From Rhodospirillaceae bacterium (GTDB lineage: Bacteria > Pseudomonadota > Alphaproteobacteria > Dongiales > Dongiaceae), in NCBI GenBank assembly GCA_034439975.1, contig JAWXBK010000110.1:18818-82817 (forward strand): a stretch of 64,000 nucleotides of DNA, read 5' to 3'. Positions 29,483 to 39,533 of the stretch are shown in pieces. The notes below the pieces were generated by a model. The model saw only the letters and a list, made by a program, of their open reading frames with translations. It was not told the origin of the DNA and did no database searches. The stretch's first letter is position 1. Each line of letters starts with the position of its first letter. Position numbers and translations under genes: made by a program.

Positions 29483-31065
29483 AACGTCGCAAGATACTCT
29501 TCATTTCTGCCGATCAATGGCGCGGCGAATGTCTCTCGGCGCTTGCGCACCCCTGTGTGCGTACCCCGAATCTCGATCGGCTGGCGGCGCGCGGCACTTT
29601 GTTCCGCAATCATTTTGCGCAATGCTCGCCATGTGGGCCCTCACGGACGAGCATGCTGACGGGCCTCTATTTGCTGAACCATCGCTCCGGGCGCAACGGA
29701 ACGCCGCTCGATGCGCGCCACACGAATGTGGCAGTCGAGGCCCGCAAAGCCGGTTTCGATCCAGTCCTGTTCGGTTACACGGATACGAGTGTCGATCCGC
29801 GTCAATACGATTGCGCCGATCCTATTCTCACGACCTATGAAGGGGTGATGCCGGGTTTTTCCGTCGGGCTACAGCTCGACGACCGGATGGCGGCCTGGGT
29901 TCAGGATCTGAAGGCCAGAGGCTACGATCTGCCTGAGGGTCGACGCAGCGTGTACCGCGCCGCCCCTAACTTTCCCGGCGCAGAGAATCGCGGACATAGT
30001 TTCAGCCCGACGATCTTTTCGGCTGAGCATAGCGAGACAGCCTTCATGGCGAACGCAGCGCTCGACTACATGCGTGCGCATCGGAACGAAGACTGGTTCA
30101 TGCATCTCGTCTTCCTGCGGCCGCATCCGCCCGTCATCGCGCCGGAACCCTACAATGCCATGTACGACCCCGCCGCAGTTCCCCTGCCAGTACGCGCGGC
30201 CTCGCCCGAACAAGAATCGGAGCAACACCCCTATTTGAAGTATCTACTGTTCCACCAGCGCGAGATCGGCTGGTACAGCGAACATTTCCCAAGCGATCTG
30301 CGCGAGATTGACGATCGCGAGGTCAGACAGCTTCGGGCGACGTATTACGGCATGATCAGCCAAGTGGACGACCAGATCGGTCGAATCCTCGACCACCTCG
30401 CCAGCACGGGCGAGGACAAGGATACACTCATCCTTTTCACCTGCGATCATGGCGAAATGCTGGGCGACCATTGGATGTGGGGCAAGGAAGGTTACTTCAA
30501 TCGCGCCTATCACATCCCGCTGATTGTCGTCGATCCAACCGCGACCGCCGAAGGCGGACGAGGCAGGATCGTGTCGCTGCACACCGAAGCGATTGACATC
30601 ATGCCGACAATCCTGGACTGGCTGGGCTTGCCGACGCCCACCAACTGCGATGGGCGATCGCTCGCGCCACTTTTGGCCGGCGAGACGCCAACGGATTGGC
30701 GGCGAGAAGCGCATTGGGAATATGATTTTCGGGACGTCGCAAAACAGGGACCGGAGAAGGCACTCGGCCTATCGAGCGACGACTGCACTCTCGCGGCGAT
30801 GAAAGACGACCGATTCAAGTATGTGCATTTCGCCGCATTGCCGCCGCTTCTGTTCGATCTGACGAAAGATCCGGGTGAATTGCGAAATGTCGCGAACGAT
30901 ACGGACTATCAGGCGGTCAGGCTGGACATGGCCGAGCGGATGCTGTCATGGCGCCTGCGTCACGCCGAACGCACATTGGCGAATACGATGCTGACCGCGA
31001 GCGGCCCCATCGAGCGAAACGAATCCCGATACGACGTCATGCATCGCCGGTCGCTGTCGCCGTAA
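29479..31065 (+). CDS. Sulfatase / alkaline-phosphatase superfamily protein
   Basis: 528 aa, ATGA overlap with the ACAD gene. Motifs: LFISADQWRG..., CSPCGPSRTSMLTG (CxPxR-type) and FTCDHGEMLGDH. Confidence 0.85.
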   Translation: MKRRKILFISADQWRGECLSALAHPCVRTPNLDRLAARGTLFRNHFAQCSPCGPSRTSMLTGLYLLNHRSGRNGTPLDARHTNVAVEARKAGFDPVLFGYTDTSVDPRQYDCADPILTTYEGVMPGFSVGLQLDDRMAAWVQDLKARGYDLPEGRRSVYRAAPNFPGAENRGHSFSPTIFSAEHSETAFMANAALDYMRAHRNEDWFMHLVFLRPHPPVIAPEPYNAMYDPAAVPLPVRAASPEQESEQHPYLKYLLFHQREIGWYSEHFPSDLREIDDREVRQLRATYYGMISQVDDQIGRILDHLASTGEDKDTLILFTCDHGEMLGDHWMWGKEGYFNRAYHIPLIVVDPTATAEGGRGRIVSLHTEAIDIMPTILDWLGLPTPTNCDGRSLAPLLAGETPTDWRREAHWEYDFRDVAKQGPEKALGLSSDDCTLAAMKDDRFKYVHFAALPPLLFDLTKDPGELRNVANDTDYQAVRLDMAERMLSWRLRHAERTLANTMLTASGPIERNESRYDVMHRRSLSP

Positions 31066-33013
31066 CAATGGCATCGATGAACAGCTCACCGCCGCTGCCA
31101 TCGGTAATCGTCCGGTTCTGAACCTCGACCTTGACTTCAGGTGCGACGGAGCCCGCCCGCGATGCGCGTTCTTGCGCCTGTTCCGATGCAGTTTCCTGCG
31201 CAAAGCTGATGGCGTCGCTGAGGTTTCTGAAGTCGCGAACGCCGGTCGCGAGATGCAGTCGAAACAGCCCCTGCGATGGCGAGGTGATCAGAAGCTGCAC
31301 CTTCTGGCGGATACTGGCAACCGCTGCACCGATCGCATTGGCGACATCGGCGCCTTTGGGCAGAATGAGCTCCGCATCGAGGCGGCGCGCAACATCCGGA
31401 TAGTAGGTAGCCGCTGGCGCGCCGACGGCAACCAGCGCCTGGCGCAGTTTCAGGTCGACATTGAGCATGTGATGGGCATTTGAACGTTCTGCGCCGAGCG
31501 CTTGTCGGACCAACAGTGCACCGCCCTCACCCCAGGCCGTCCGTCGCAGTCCAAACTGCTCTGCAAACAAGGTTTCGACGATGACCTCAGCGGACTGATA
31601 GACCACGCGATCGTAGACACGTTGCGCGAGCAACACCGGATCTTCGGTCCGCAGGTTGCCGCCGCGAACCGCCAACACAAAGCCGGCAACCGCCGCATCG
31701 CGCGACCATGAATCGTGGAGGCCTAATACATGGGCCGCATCGCTGGGCGTAATGCCGGCGGCGCCGACCAGGCCGCGCGCGATGAGACGGTCGATCGCGG
31801 CAGGATCGGCGGGGCTTTGGATGATTTCCGCCATAGAGGTCGGGGAAACGGGCAACCGATCGAGAATGCGGCGTCCGATCCGGCTCACCTGTTGCAGGGA
31901 AGCGGGATTGATGTCCCGGCGCCAGATGAAGCGCCCTTCATAGGGCATGGCGTCAGACGACCCGGCCGCGCGCAGGAGCGACGTCGCAACATGCGGATCT
32001 TTGGTTGCGAGAAGCGATAGCGGCATCACGCGACGCGGCCCCAAAGTCAGCGCACCGTCTTCAAAGAACACGGCCTCGCTGTCTCCGCCCAGCCCGTAGC
32101 TATGGACGGCAATCGCTTCGGTCATCGTTCGCCAGCCGCCAACGGTTGCGCCATTGGGATCGACCGCCGGCAACCCTTCGCGCAGCAGTGCGATGTCCGT
32201 GGTAGTGCCACCGATGTCGGCGATCACGGCATCGCGGCGGCCCGATAAATAATAGGCGCCGATGGCACTGGCCGCGGGCCCAGAGAGGATGGTCTCGACC
32301 GGGCGCTCCATGGCCAGCTCCGCCGACATCATCGAGCCGTCGCCGCGAACGATCATCAACGGCGCGTTGACGCCCCGCGCATCGAGGATCGAACGGACGG
32401 CCTGGATCAGACGTGCGATGCGCGAAATGAGGCGGGCGTTCAGCAGCGTCGTCAAAGCGCGGCGCGGTGCATCGAGCTTCGAGGTCAGCTCGTGGCCGCA
32501 TGTAACGGGATGATGGGAGAGCTCGCGGATGATGGCGCGCGCACGATGCTCATGCGTGGGATTGCGAACGGAAAAGTAACTGGATACGGCAAACGCTTCG
32601 ACGGATGGCGCATGTTCCCGCACCGCAGCGCGGAGCGCCTGTTCATCCAACGGCGCCTGCTCGTCACCCGACGGGCTATGGCCACCGCCGATCATGACGA
32701 CCGGGCTACCCGCTGCCGCCTCGCTCAATCCTGCACGACCCATCGCTGCGCTGTCGTATCCGATCAGAACAAGGCAGGCAGGCGCACTGACGCCTTCGAC
32801 CAGCGCGTTTGTAGCCAGCGTCGTCGACAACGCGACGAGATCGACCGCGAGGCCGGTTTCCGGGGCAATACGATCGATCGCGGCCCCGATCCCCTGGGCA
32901 AGATCGTCGTGGGTCGTCAGCGCCTTTGCAGAGCTGAGAACGCCGCGCTGTCGATCGAGCAAGACGGCATCGGTGTATGTCCCGCCGGTATCGAGGCCCA
33001 GTAAAACCGTCAA
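31037..33013 (-). CDS. Hydantoinase/oxoprolinase (HyuA) family protein
   Basis: 658 aa with a TTG start at 33013 (LTVLLGLDTGGTYTDAVLLD). A second ATPase motif is DIGGTTTDIA. Its 3' end overlaps the convergent sulfatase gene by 29 nt. Confidence 0.85.
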   Translation of the reverse strand: MTVLLGLDTGGTYTDAVLLDRQRGVLSSAKALTTHDDLAQGIGAAIDRIAPETGLAVDLVALSTTLATNALVEGVSAPACLVLIGYDSAAMGRAGLSEAAAGSPVVMIGGGHSPSGDEQAPLDEQALRAAVREHAPSVEAFAVSSYFSVRNPTHEHRARAIIRELSHHPVTCGHELTSKLDAPRRALTTLLNARLISRIARLIQAVRSILDARGVNAPLMIVRGDGSMMSAELAMERPVETILSGPAASAIGAYYLSGRRDAVIADIGGTTTDIALLREGLPAVDPNGATVGGWRTMTEAIAVHSYGLGGDSEAVFFEDGALTLGPRRVMPLSLLATKDPHVATSLLRAAGSSDAMPYEGRFIWRRDINPASLQQVSRIGRRILDRLPVSPTSMAEIIQSPADPAAIDRLIARGLVGAAGITPSDAAHVLGLHDSWSRDAAVAGFVLAVRGGNLRTEDPVLLAQRVYDRVVYQSAEVIVETLFAEQFGLRRTAWGEGGALLVRQALGAERSNAHHMLNVDLKLRQALVAVGAPAATYYPDVARRLDAELILPKGADVANAIGAAVASIRQKVQLLITSPSQGLFRLHLATGVRDFRNLSDAISFAQETASEQAQERASRAGSVAPEVKVEVQNRTITDGSGGELFIDAIVTATATGDA

Positions 33014-33303
33014 TGTAAGCCTCGTGTTCCTGCGGCTATCTCGGCGATGAGCATAACGACGATGCGAAACAGTCGATATCCATAGTCAGCAGCCGCGGTT
33101 CCAAAAGATGCACAGCGTCTCTATAGTCGCCTTCGCCATTCAGGCAGGCGACGTGGCAGCGCGTGTTCCGGGTGATGCGGTCGCTGTAATCTGGTCGGCG
33201 ACACCTCAACGGGCGCGCCCCCTGCCCGTCGACCCGGGCAGAAACTAGGCGGATCGGCAGCGATGGACAAGAAGCGCGATGCGGCGGGGTGTAACCTTAT
33301 CCG

Positions 33304-33657
33304 ATGAGTGACAGGCTCGACACGCATTACTGGCTTACTGCGTACCTGCGCCGCTGTTCGATCGAAGGCATTCCTGCTCATGTCCGGTATAGCGGCGATC
33401 GCTCGCGGGGTAGCGTCATCCTGAAAATCGCCCATGTACCTACGGATACCTGCCGACTTCTGGTCGAAGTGATCGATCCCGGCGGGCAGCAAGCATGGAT
33501 GATCGCAGGCACGGATCGTTGTACCCACGCCGAAGCGGATGCGTATATCGAGCGCGCCCGACATCGGGATCCGGATATCTGGATTCTGGAGGTCGAAGAC
33601 CGGCTTGAAAATCATCCCCTGGACGGCCGCCTGATCACAGTGGGTGCCGCGCGTTGA
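33304..33657 (+). CDS. DUF1491-like conserved alphaproteobacterial protein
   Basis: 117 aa, ATG at 33304. THYWLTAYLRRC...ILKI...DPDIWILEVED matches my recollection of DUF1491. Confidence 0.7.
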   Translation: MSDRLDTHYWLTAYLRRCSIEGIPAHVRYSGDRSRGSVILKIAHVPTDTCRLLVEVIDPGGQQAWMIAGTDRCTHAEADAYIERARHRDPDIWILEVEDRLENHPLDGRLITVGAAR

Positions 33658-33693
33658 GCGAGGTACAGCAGCGCCCACATGTTCGGGAGGCGG

Positions 33694-33769
33694 TGGTGCC
33701 CAGGGCCGGAATCGAACCAGCGACACGCGGATTTTCAATCCGCTGCTCTACCAACTGAGCTACCTGGGC
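33694..33769 (-). tRNA. tRNA-Phe (anticodon GAA)
   Basis: The minus strand reads GCCCAGGTAGCTCAGTTGGTAGAGCAGCGGATTGAAAATCCGCGTGTCGCTGGTTCGATTCCGGCCCTGGGCACCA. This is 76 nt with a complete cloverleaf and an encoded CCA. Confidence 0.93.
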
Positions 33770-33833
33770 GCCGTATGAACCGGCCGGCTTATAGTGAAAT
33801 CCCCCTACATTGTCCAGCAATCGGCAGGCTCTT

Positions 33834-34064
33834 TTAACGGTCTCCCTCGTCGCCATCGTCGCCCGTGTCTTCCGAACCCTCGGCGGGCTCCTGTGTCGGA
33901 ATGCGGTACTGATTGGTCAGCCATCGGCCGAGATCGATATCCGCGCATTTCGAGGTGCAGAACGGACGAAATCGCGCGACGGCGAGTTCGCCACAGATCG
34001 GGCAACCCTTGCCGCTGCGGCCGGCGCGCGCGGTCTTCCGAGCGGGTTTGGCGGAAGCGCTCAT
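33834..34064 (-). CDS. yacG: DNA gyrase inhibitor YacG (zinc finger)
   Basis: 76 aa with CPICGE...FRPFCTSKCADIDLGRW and an acidic tail. Its ATG overlaps the upstream stop (ATGA). Confidence 0.85.
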   Translation of the reverse strand: MSASAKPARKTARAGRSGKGCPICGELAVARFRPFCTSKCADIDLGRWLTNQYRIPTQEPAEGSEDTGDDGDEGDR

Positions 34065-35188
34065 AGCCCCCCGGTTAGCGCGTCCAACCCTTCGACTTCA
34101 AGCCCCCGCGCTCGCGCGCGGTCGATCGAAAATGCGTCGTAAAGGTCCGGGCCGAGATGACGTCGCCCGATTTCGACCAATCCCAGAGGCGACATCCCGC
34201 CCACCCACGGTTCGGCCGGATCGATTGCCATTGCCGCCTGGAGATTGCCCGCAATCGTGCGCCGGCGGCCCGATGCACGCATACCCATGAAATCGATCAC
34301 GATGTTGCCTGAGAGATTAAGAAGCCGAATGAGTCGCACGATCTCGGGGACGGCGGCCTCATTGATCTGATAGGCGAGCCGTTCCTCGCCCGAGGAATGC
34401 ATGCGAGCCCCGGCATTGATATCGATCGCGGTCAGCGTTTCGCCCGGTTCAACCAACAGCGCGCCACCCCCGGTGAGATGTTGCTCCGGCTCCAGTGCAT
34501 CCCGCAGGGCGTCCACGATATCCGTCCGGCGAAACCGCCAGTCGCGTTCGGGCTCAAAATCGACCTGTATCGGTGAAGCGACAGGTCCGGACGAACTTCG
34601 CTCGCTCCAGCGTTCCGCCATCGTGCGACTATCGCAACGCATGGTCGACGACGCGGCTTCGGGAAATCGCATCAACAAATCGGTGAGGCAATCATGCTGC
34701 CTCAGCAAAAGCTTCGGCGCCGCCGCAGCATCGGCCGCCGCGATCAAGGCGCCCACTCGCGCCGCCAGTAGCGTCCTCTCGTCTGCCCCCGATACATCTG
34801 CGGGGCCAGCCAGATCTGGCTCGGTTCGTCCGACTCCATCCACCCAGAAGATGTCGACGCCGGATGTTCCATCTTGCAACCGGATCCGGTCGGAAACTTT
34901 AGCCATCTTGCTGCCGCGTCCACCGCGACGCACCTGGACCAGTAACCGCGCGCCGATCGTCGGAAGGCGCCGGTCCCGCGGCAGATCGAGCAATGCCGAC
35001 TCATCTCCAGCGAGCATCACCGTGGCGAAACCGGTTGCCTTGTTGATGTGGCGAAGGACCGCCGCATGGACGTCGCCAAAGCGAGCCACCGTCCCCGTCG
35101 GTTCGACTGAGTAACCGACAAGCTTCCCGTGATCGAGGAACGCGGCCCAGTGGCGCGGCGTCATGACGCTGCAATAAACCGCGAGCAT
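34061..35188 (-). CDS. Ribonuclease E/G family protein
   Basis: Trimmed to the ATG at 35188, which shares one nucleotide with the maf stop (TGATG). LTAIDINAGA...NLSGNIVIDFMGM is typical of the RNase E/G catalytic core. Confidence 0.8.
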   Translation of the reverse strand: MLAVYCSVMTPRHWAAFLDHGKLVGYSVEPTGTVARFGDVHAAVLRHINKATGFATVMLAGDESALLDLPRDRRLPTIGARLLVQVRRGGRGSKMAKVSDRIRLQDGTSGVDIFWVDGVGRTEPDLAGPADVSGADERTLLAARVGALIAAADAAAAPKLLLRQHDCLTDLLMRFPEAASSTMRCDSRTMAERWSERSSSGPVASPIQVDFEPERDWRFRRTDIVDALRDALEPEQHLTGGGALLVEPGETLTAIDINAGARMHSSGEERLAYQINEAAVPEIVRLIRLLNLSGNIVIDFMGMRASGRRRTIAGNLQAAMAIDPAEPWVGGMSPLGLVEIGRRHLGPDLYDAFSIDRARARGLEVEGLDALTGGL

Positions 35189-35790
35189 CAGCGCCCGAGA
35201 ATTGGCCAGCTCAGTCCGCCGAGCAGTGCCGCCGTCTCGAAGAGCGGCAGTCCCACAACATTGGAGTATGAGCCGTTGATCCGCCGAACGAACATCTCCG
35301 CTGCGCCCTGGATCGCATAGGATCCCGCCTTGCCTTGCCACTCGCCGGAATCGATATAGGCGGAAATCTCAGCCTCCTGCAGCTGCTTGAAGCTTACCGC
35401 CGTCGTTGCGATACGCAATCCGGACCGGCCGTCCGGGGCAGTGCAGGCGACCGCGGTAATGACGCGATGGCGTCGACCGGACAGGAGGGCAAGGTGGCGT
35501 CGCGCCATCGCCTCGTCGTCGGGTTTTCCCAATATCCGGCGCCCCAGTGCCACCACTGTATCGGCGGCGAGCACAAATGAATCGGGAAACCGCGGCTTGA
35601 TGCTGGTGAGTTTTTCCAGGGCCAGCCGACGCGCCATCGCCGGCGGCAACTCGCCTTTGGCCGGTATCTCTTCGAGATCGGCGCCGATGATCTCGTCGGG
35701 CACAATTCCGATCCGACGCAGCAATTCGGCGCGACGCGGCGATTGCGAGGCCAGAACGAAGTGCCGGCGGTTCGTGGCGGCCTCCGTCAT
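35188..35790 (-). CDS. maf: Maf-like nucleoside triphosphate pyrophosphatase
   Basis: ATG at 35790 (MTEAATNRRHFVLASQSPRRAELL). AGSYAIQG lies near the C-terminus. Confidence 0.88.
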   Translation of the reverse strand: MTEAATNRRHFVLASQSPRRAELLRRIGIVPDEIIGADLEEIPAKGELPPAMARRLALEKLTSIKPRFPDSFVLAADTVVALGRRILGKPDDEAMARRHLALLSGRRHRVITAVACTAPDGRSGLRIATTAVSFKQLQEAEISAYIDSGEWQGKAGSYAIQGAAEMFVRRINGSYSNVVGLPLFETAALLGGLSWPILGR

Positions 35791-35806
35791 CGGATTCCTG
35801 AGGATG

Positions 35807-36025
35807 CTACTTGAAGCGGAACGTGATGCGGCCCTTGCTGAGATCATAGGGCGTCATCTCAACGTTGACGCGATCACCGACCAGTACGCGGATACGATTC
35901 TTCCGCATCTTTCCCGACGTATGCGCCAGGACCATGTGTTCGTTGTCGAGCTTTACGCGAAACATCGCATTGGGCAGCAGTTCAACCACCGTGCCGGAGA
36001 ACTCGATCAGATCCTCCTTGGCCAT
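35807..36025 (-). CDS. infA: Translation initiation factor IF-1
   Basis: 72 aa. [72 protein letters not shown], preceded by GGAGGA. Confidence 0.97.
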   Translation of the reverse strand: MAKEDLIEFSGTVVELLPNAMFRVKLDNEHMVLAHTSGKMRKNRIRVLVGDRVNVEMTPYDLSKGRITFRFK

Positions 36026-36133
36026 CTATCCTCCTTGGTTTCATAGGGCCGGGGCAGCCGGCAAGGCCCCACCAGAACCCTACGGGCGCTTCTTATACGC
36101 CAAACGGCCCCATTGGAATACCGACCCCCGGGC

Positions 36134-36577
36134 CTAAACCGTGGGCGCGCCGACATGGGGAAATCGGGTGCGGATCCGATCGTCGAGCCAGTCCCGCACA
36201 TCCCGATAGGCGTCCAGACGAATTTCGCGGCTTCCTTCGATCACGCTCGGATCGAAGGTATGCCAGAACTCCACATCGCAGGCCATGGTTCGAGTCAGTT
36301 CGAGCGCCTTGTGATGCGCTTCGGGAGATAACGAAATGATGAGATCGAAGGATGTGTCCTCGAGCGTGTCGAAGCTCTTGGTTCGGTGCCGGGTCATGTC
36401 GATACCGACTTCGTCCATCACGGTGAGAACGAAAGGATCGATCTCGCCGGCACGGACCCCGACCGAGTCCACATAGATCCGACTGCCATGCATACGTTTC
36501 AACAACGCTTCTGCGAGCGGCGAGCGAATGGCATTCAGGGTGCAACAGAAGAGGACGCTGGAGGGGAAGCCGGCCAT
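36134..36577 (-). CDS. Low-molecular-weight phosphotyrosine phosphatase / ArsC-like protein
   Basis: 147 aa. It has a CX5R-type P-loop (VLFCCTLNAIRSP). The ATG at 36577 is preceded by AAGGAG. Confidence 0.8.
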   Translation of the reverse strand: MAGFPSSVLFCCTLNAIRSPLAEALLKRMHGSRIYVDSVGVRAGEIDPFVLTVMDEVGIDMTRHRTKSFDTLEDTSFDLIISLSPEAHHKALELTRTMACDVEFWHTFDPSVIEGSREIRLDAYRDVRDWLDDRIRTRFPHVGAPTV

Positions 36578-36587
36578 GACGGCTCCT

Positions 36588-37073
36588 TCAGCCCTTGATG
36601 TGCAGGACGCAGATCAGGGTGAAGAGGCGGCGCGCCGTATCGAGATCGAGCTCGATCTTGCCTTCGAGACGTTGCCGGAGAAGCTCGGAACCCTCATTGT
36701 GCAACGCGCGGCGCCCCATATCGATCGCTTCGATCTGGGAAGGAGAGGCCGTTCGGATGGCAGAGAAATAGCTTTCGCAGACCTGGAAGTAATCCTTCAC
36801 GATCATGCGGAATGGCGTGAGGGCGAGCGCGATCCTGCGTCGGGGCTGTTCTTCCGTATCGCGCGCATCGAAGATCAGGCGATTTTCTTCGATCGAGAGA
36901 TGGAGGCTGTACGGCCCTGCTTCGTCGCCGAACAATCGGAAACTGTTATCTTCGATCAGGTCATAGATTGCGACGGCGCGCTCATGCTCCACCTCGGCGC
37001 TGCGCCGGACGACAGACCGCTCATCCAGTGTGATCTTTGCGATGCGGCTGGCGGATTGTGCGTCACCCGACAT
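36588..37073 (-). CDS. UPF0262 family protein
   Basis: ITLDERSVVRRSAEVEHERAVAIYDLIEDNSF is characteristic of the family. The start is uncertain (ATG at 37073 or 37091). Confidence 0.72.
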   Translation of the reverse strand: MSGDAQSASRIAKITLDERSVVRRSAEVEHERAVAIYDLIEDNSFRLFGDEAGPYSLHLSIEENRLIFDARDTEEQPRRRIALALTPFRMIVKDYFQVCESYFSAIRTASPSQIEAIDMGRRALHNEGSELLRQRLEGKIELDLDTARRLFTLICVLHIKG

Positions 37074-38385
37074 CGCGACCGGGACCGTCATTATGATGGC
37101 GCAGGCGCAGCGCCGCCGCTCGCGCATGGCCTTCGAGACCTTCGGAATGAGCCAGCACGATGGCCGGCATTGCCAGGGCCGCGAAACTGTTTGGCCCGCA
37201 TTCGAGGATCGAGGTCCGCTTCAGAAAATCATGGACGCCGAGGCCCGACGAAAACCGTGCGGCGCCCGACGTCGGCAGGACATGATTCGGACCCCCGACA
37301 TAGTCGCCCAGAGTCTCCGGCGTCCAGCGTCCGAGAAAGATCGCGCCTGCATGTCGAATTTCCGCCGCCATGTCGCTCGGGTTCTCGACGGCCAGCTCAA
37401 GATGCTCCGGTGCGATCCGATTGACCAGTTCGACAGCACCGGCCCGATCGCGCGAAATGACGATCGCGCCGTTCCTTTCCCACGAAGTGCGGGCGATATC
37501 GGCACGAGTCATTCCTTTGAGGAGGCGTTCGACCGCATCGCCGACCGCCGCGGCAAACGAGACATCGTCCGTAATCAAGATTGCCTGGGCATTCACATCA
37601 TGCTCGGCTTGCGAAAGCAGGTCGGCCGCCATCCAGTCCGGGTTGTTCGTTGCATCGGCAACAATGGTGATCTCGGATGGCCCGGCAATGGTATCGATAC
37701 CAACGCGACCGAACACCGATTTCTTCGCTGCGGCCACGTAGATGTTTCCCGGCCCGACGATCTTGTCGACCGGCCGGATGGTTTCCGTACCGAAGGCCAA
37801 CGCTGCAATGGCCTGCGCGCCGCCGATCCCGTAGATCTCCGAAACGCCGGCAATTTGTGCGGCGGCGAAGACCGCAGGGTTTGCCAGACCGTCCGGTGTC
37901 GGCACCGTCATGGCGATGCGGGTAACGCCAGCGACGCAAGCCGGAATGGCGTTCATCAACACCGAACTGGGATAGGCGGCGGTGCCGCCGGGAACATAGA
38001 TGCCGGCGGAATCGACCGGGCGCCATCGTGCGCCGAGCCGTACGCCCACCTCGTCGACATAATCCAGATCGACCGGCAGAAGCGCCTGATGATAGCGGCG
38101 GATGCGCTCGGCAGCGAATGTGAGGGCTTCGCGTATCTCCGCGTCGCAGCGAGCGGCCAGTGAGGCGATATCCGCCTCGGAAAATCGCAACCCCGCCACC
38201 GCGATCTCGTGGCGGTCGAACTCTCTGGTAAATCGAACGAGCGCTGCGTCGCCTTCCCGGCGAACCGTCGCGATGATCTCGGCAACGGTCGCATCGACAG
38301 CCGACAGATCGTCATGCTCGCGGACCAGCAGCGCTTCAAATGATCGCGAAAAATCCGGATCAGACTGATGCAGAACGCGGGTCAT
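37063..38385 (-). CDS. hisD: Histidinol dehydrogenase
   Basis: 440 aa, ATG at 38385. Motifs: [20 protein letters not shown] and [13 protein letters not shown]. Confidence 0.95.
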   Translation of the reverse strand: MTRVLHQSDPDFSRSFEALLVREHDDLSAVDATVAEIIATVRREGDAALVRFTREFDRHEIAVAGLRFSEADIASLAARCDAEIREALTFAAERIRRYHQALLPVDLDYVDEVGVRLGARWRPVDSAGIYVPGGTAAYPSSVLMNAIPACVAGVTRIAMTVPTPDGLANPAVFAAAQIAGVSEIYGIGGAQAIAALAFGTETIRPVDKIVGPGNIYVAAAKKSVFGRVGIDTIAGPSEITIVADATNNPDWMAADLLSQAEHDVNAQAILITDDVSFAAAVGDAVERLLKGMTRADIARTSWERNGAIVISRDRAGAVELVNRIAPEHLELAVENPSDMAAEIRHAGAIFLGRWTPETLGDYVGGPNHVLPTSGAARFSSGLGVHDFLKRTSILECGPNSFAALAMPAIVLAHSEGLEGHARAAALRLRHHNDGPGRDVG

Positions 38386-39058
38386 TGGCCGCAGCCCGAA
38401 AGCGGGCGATGAGAGGATTGATAAAGCCCGGGTTCAACTTCAGCGCCGTCCGGTTGACGATAAGCTGAGCGCTCACATCGGCAATCTGTTCGATTTCCTG
38501 CAGCCCGTTCGCCGCCAGTGTGCGTCCGGTATCGACCAGATCGACGATGCGGTCGCACAGATCGAGCTGCGGGGCGAGTTCCATCGCACCGCTGAGCACG
38601 ACGCACTCGGCCTGGACGCCCCGCCCTGCAAAATGGCGGCGCGTCTGTTGGGGATACTTGGTTGCGACCCGGATATGGCTCCAGCGTCCGGGATCGTCGT
38701 TGTGAAAGAGTTGGGTCGGTTCCGCCACCACCAGCCGACAGCGCGCAATGCCAAGATCGACGGGCGCATAAATTTCCTGATACCCGAACTCGTCGATCAC
38801 ATCGCTGCCGGCGATCCCGATCTGAGCGGCACCGAAGGCCACATAGGTTGCGACATCAAAGGCCCTGACCCGGACGACATCCAGCGTCGGAACATTCGTG
38901 TGGAAGCGCAGCGCACGAGAGGCCTCGTCGTACAGCGCGGCATCGGGCTCGATGCCGACAGCCGCCAGCAATGGCGCTATCTCTCTAAGGATCCGCCCCT
39001 TCGGCAGCGCCAACACATAACCGGTAGCTGTCGCTTCTGATTCGACGGCGGCCATCAT
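38360..39058 (-). CDS. hisG: ATP phosphoribosyltransferase (short form)
   Basis: 232 aa. [11 protein letters not shown] and [14 protein letters not shown] are present. Its 3' end overlaps the hisD start by 26 nt. Confidence 0.9.
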   Translation of the reverse strand: MMAAVESEATATGYVLALPKGRILREIAPLLAAVGIEPDAALYDEASRALRFHTNVPTLDVVRVRAFDVATYVAFGAAQIGIAGSDVIDEFGYQEIYAPVDLGIARCRLVVAEPTQLFHNDDPGRWSHIRVATKYPQQTRRHFAGRGVQAECVVLSGAMELAPQLDLCDRIVDLVDTGRTLAANGLQEIEQIADVSAQLIVNRTALKLNPGFINPLIARFRAAANDPRSASV

Positions 39059-39528
39059 ACTCCGCCCGCGCCCTCATGCTTTGGGCGCCAGACCGTCGGC
39101 CAAGGCTCATCCATATCTACAACCCGGCACGCAATCCCATCGGTATCCAGCCGGATCGTCGCGGCACCGGAAAAAATCAGAACAATACCGTCCTTTTCGG
39201 CCGCGATCGTCAACAAATTAAGAATTCGATTACGATCCTGCCGGTCGATGCCGCGCATCCTGATCGATCGAACCCGATCGAATGCGACACCGCTATGGAC
39301 CCGCTGATGCATTTTGGTTGACGCAAAGCGGCGATCCTTGCCGGCCGAATCCGCACCACTTTCGTCAGCCTCGTCTTCCCATTTGAAGCGATTGACCAGA
39401 ATCGCGAACCGGGTTTCATCGGCAAAGAACTGCAGATCGCCGATGCGCACCAGCCCATCCTGCAGACAGGCGGCAATCACCTGCAGATCCTCGGCATCCT
39501 TGGCAACCAGTGTGAATTTTTCGGCCAT
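39055..39528 (-). CDS. DUF2948-like protein
   Basis: ATG at 39528 ([24 protein letters not shown]...). It sits in the conserved position between murA and hisG. Confidence 0.72.
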   Translation of the reverse strand: MAEKFTLVAKDAEDLQVIAACLQDGLVRIGDLQFFADETRFAILVNRFKWEDEADESGADSAGKDRRFASTKMHQRVHSGVAFDRVRSIRMRGIDRQDRNRILNLLTIAAEKDGIVLIFSGAATIRLDTDGIACRVVDMDEPWPTVWRPKHEGAGGV

Positions 39529-39533
39529 TTTCC

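Noticed and set aside
33121-33856. ORFs 33121..33738(-) and 33635..33856(-).
   Set aside because: Both run through the tRNA-Phe gene (33694-33769), and the first is antisense to the DUF1491-like gene. They are not credible as coding.
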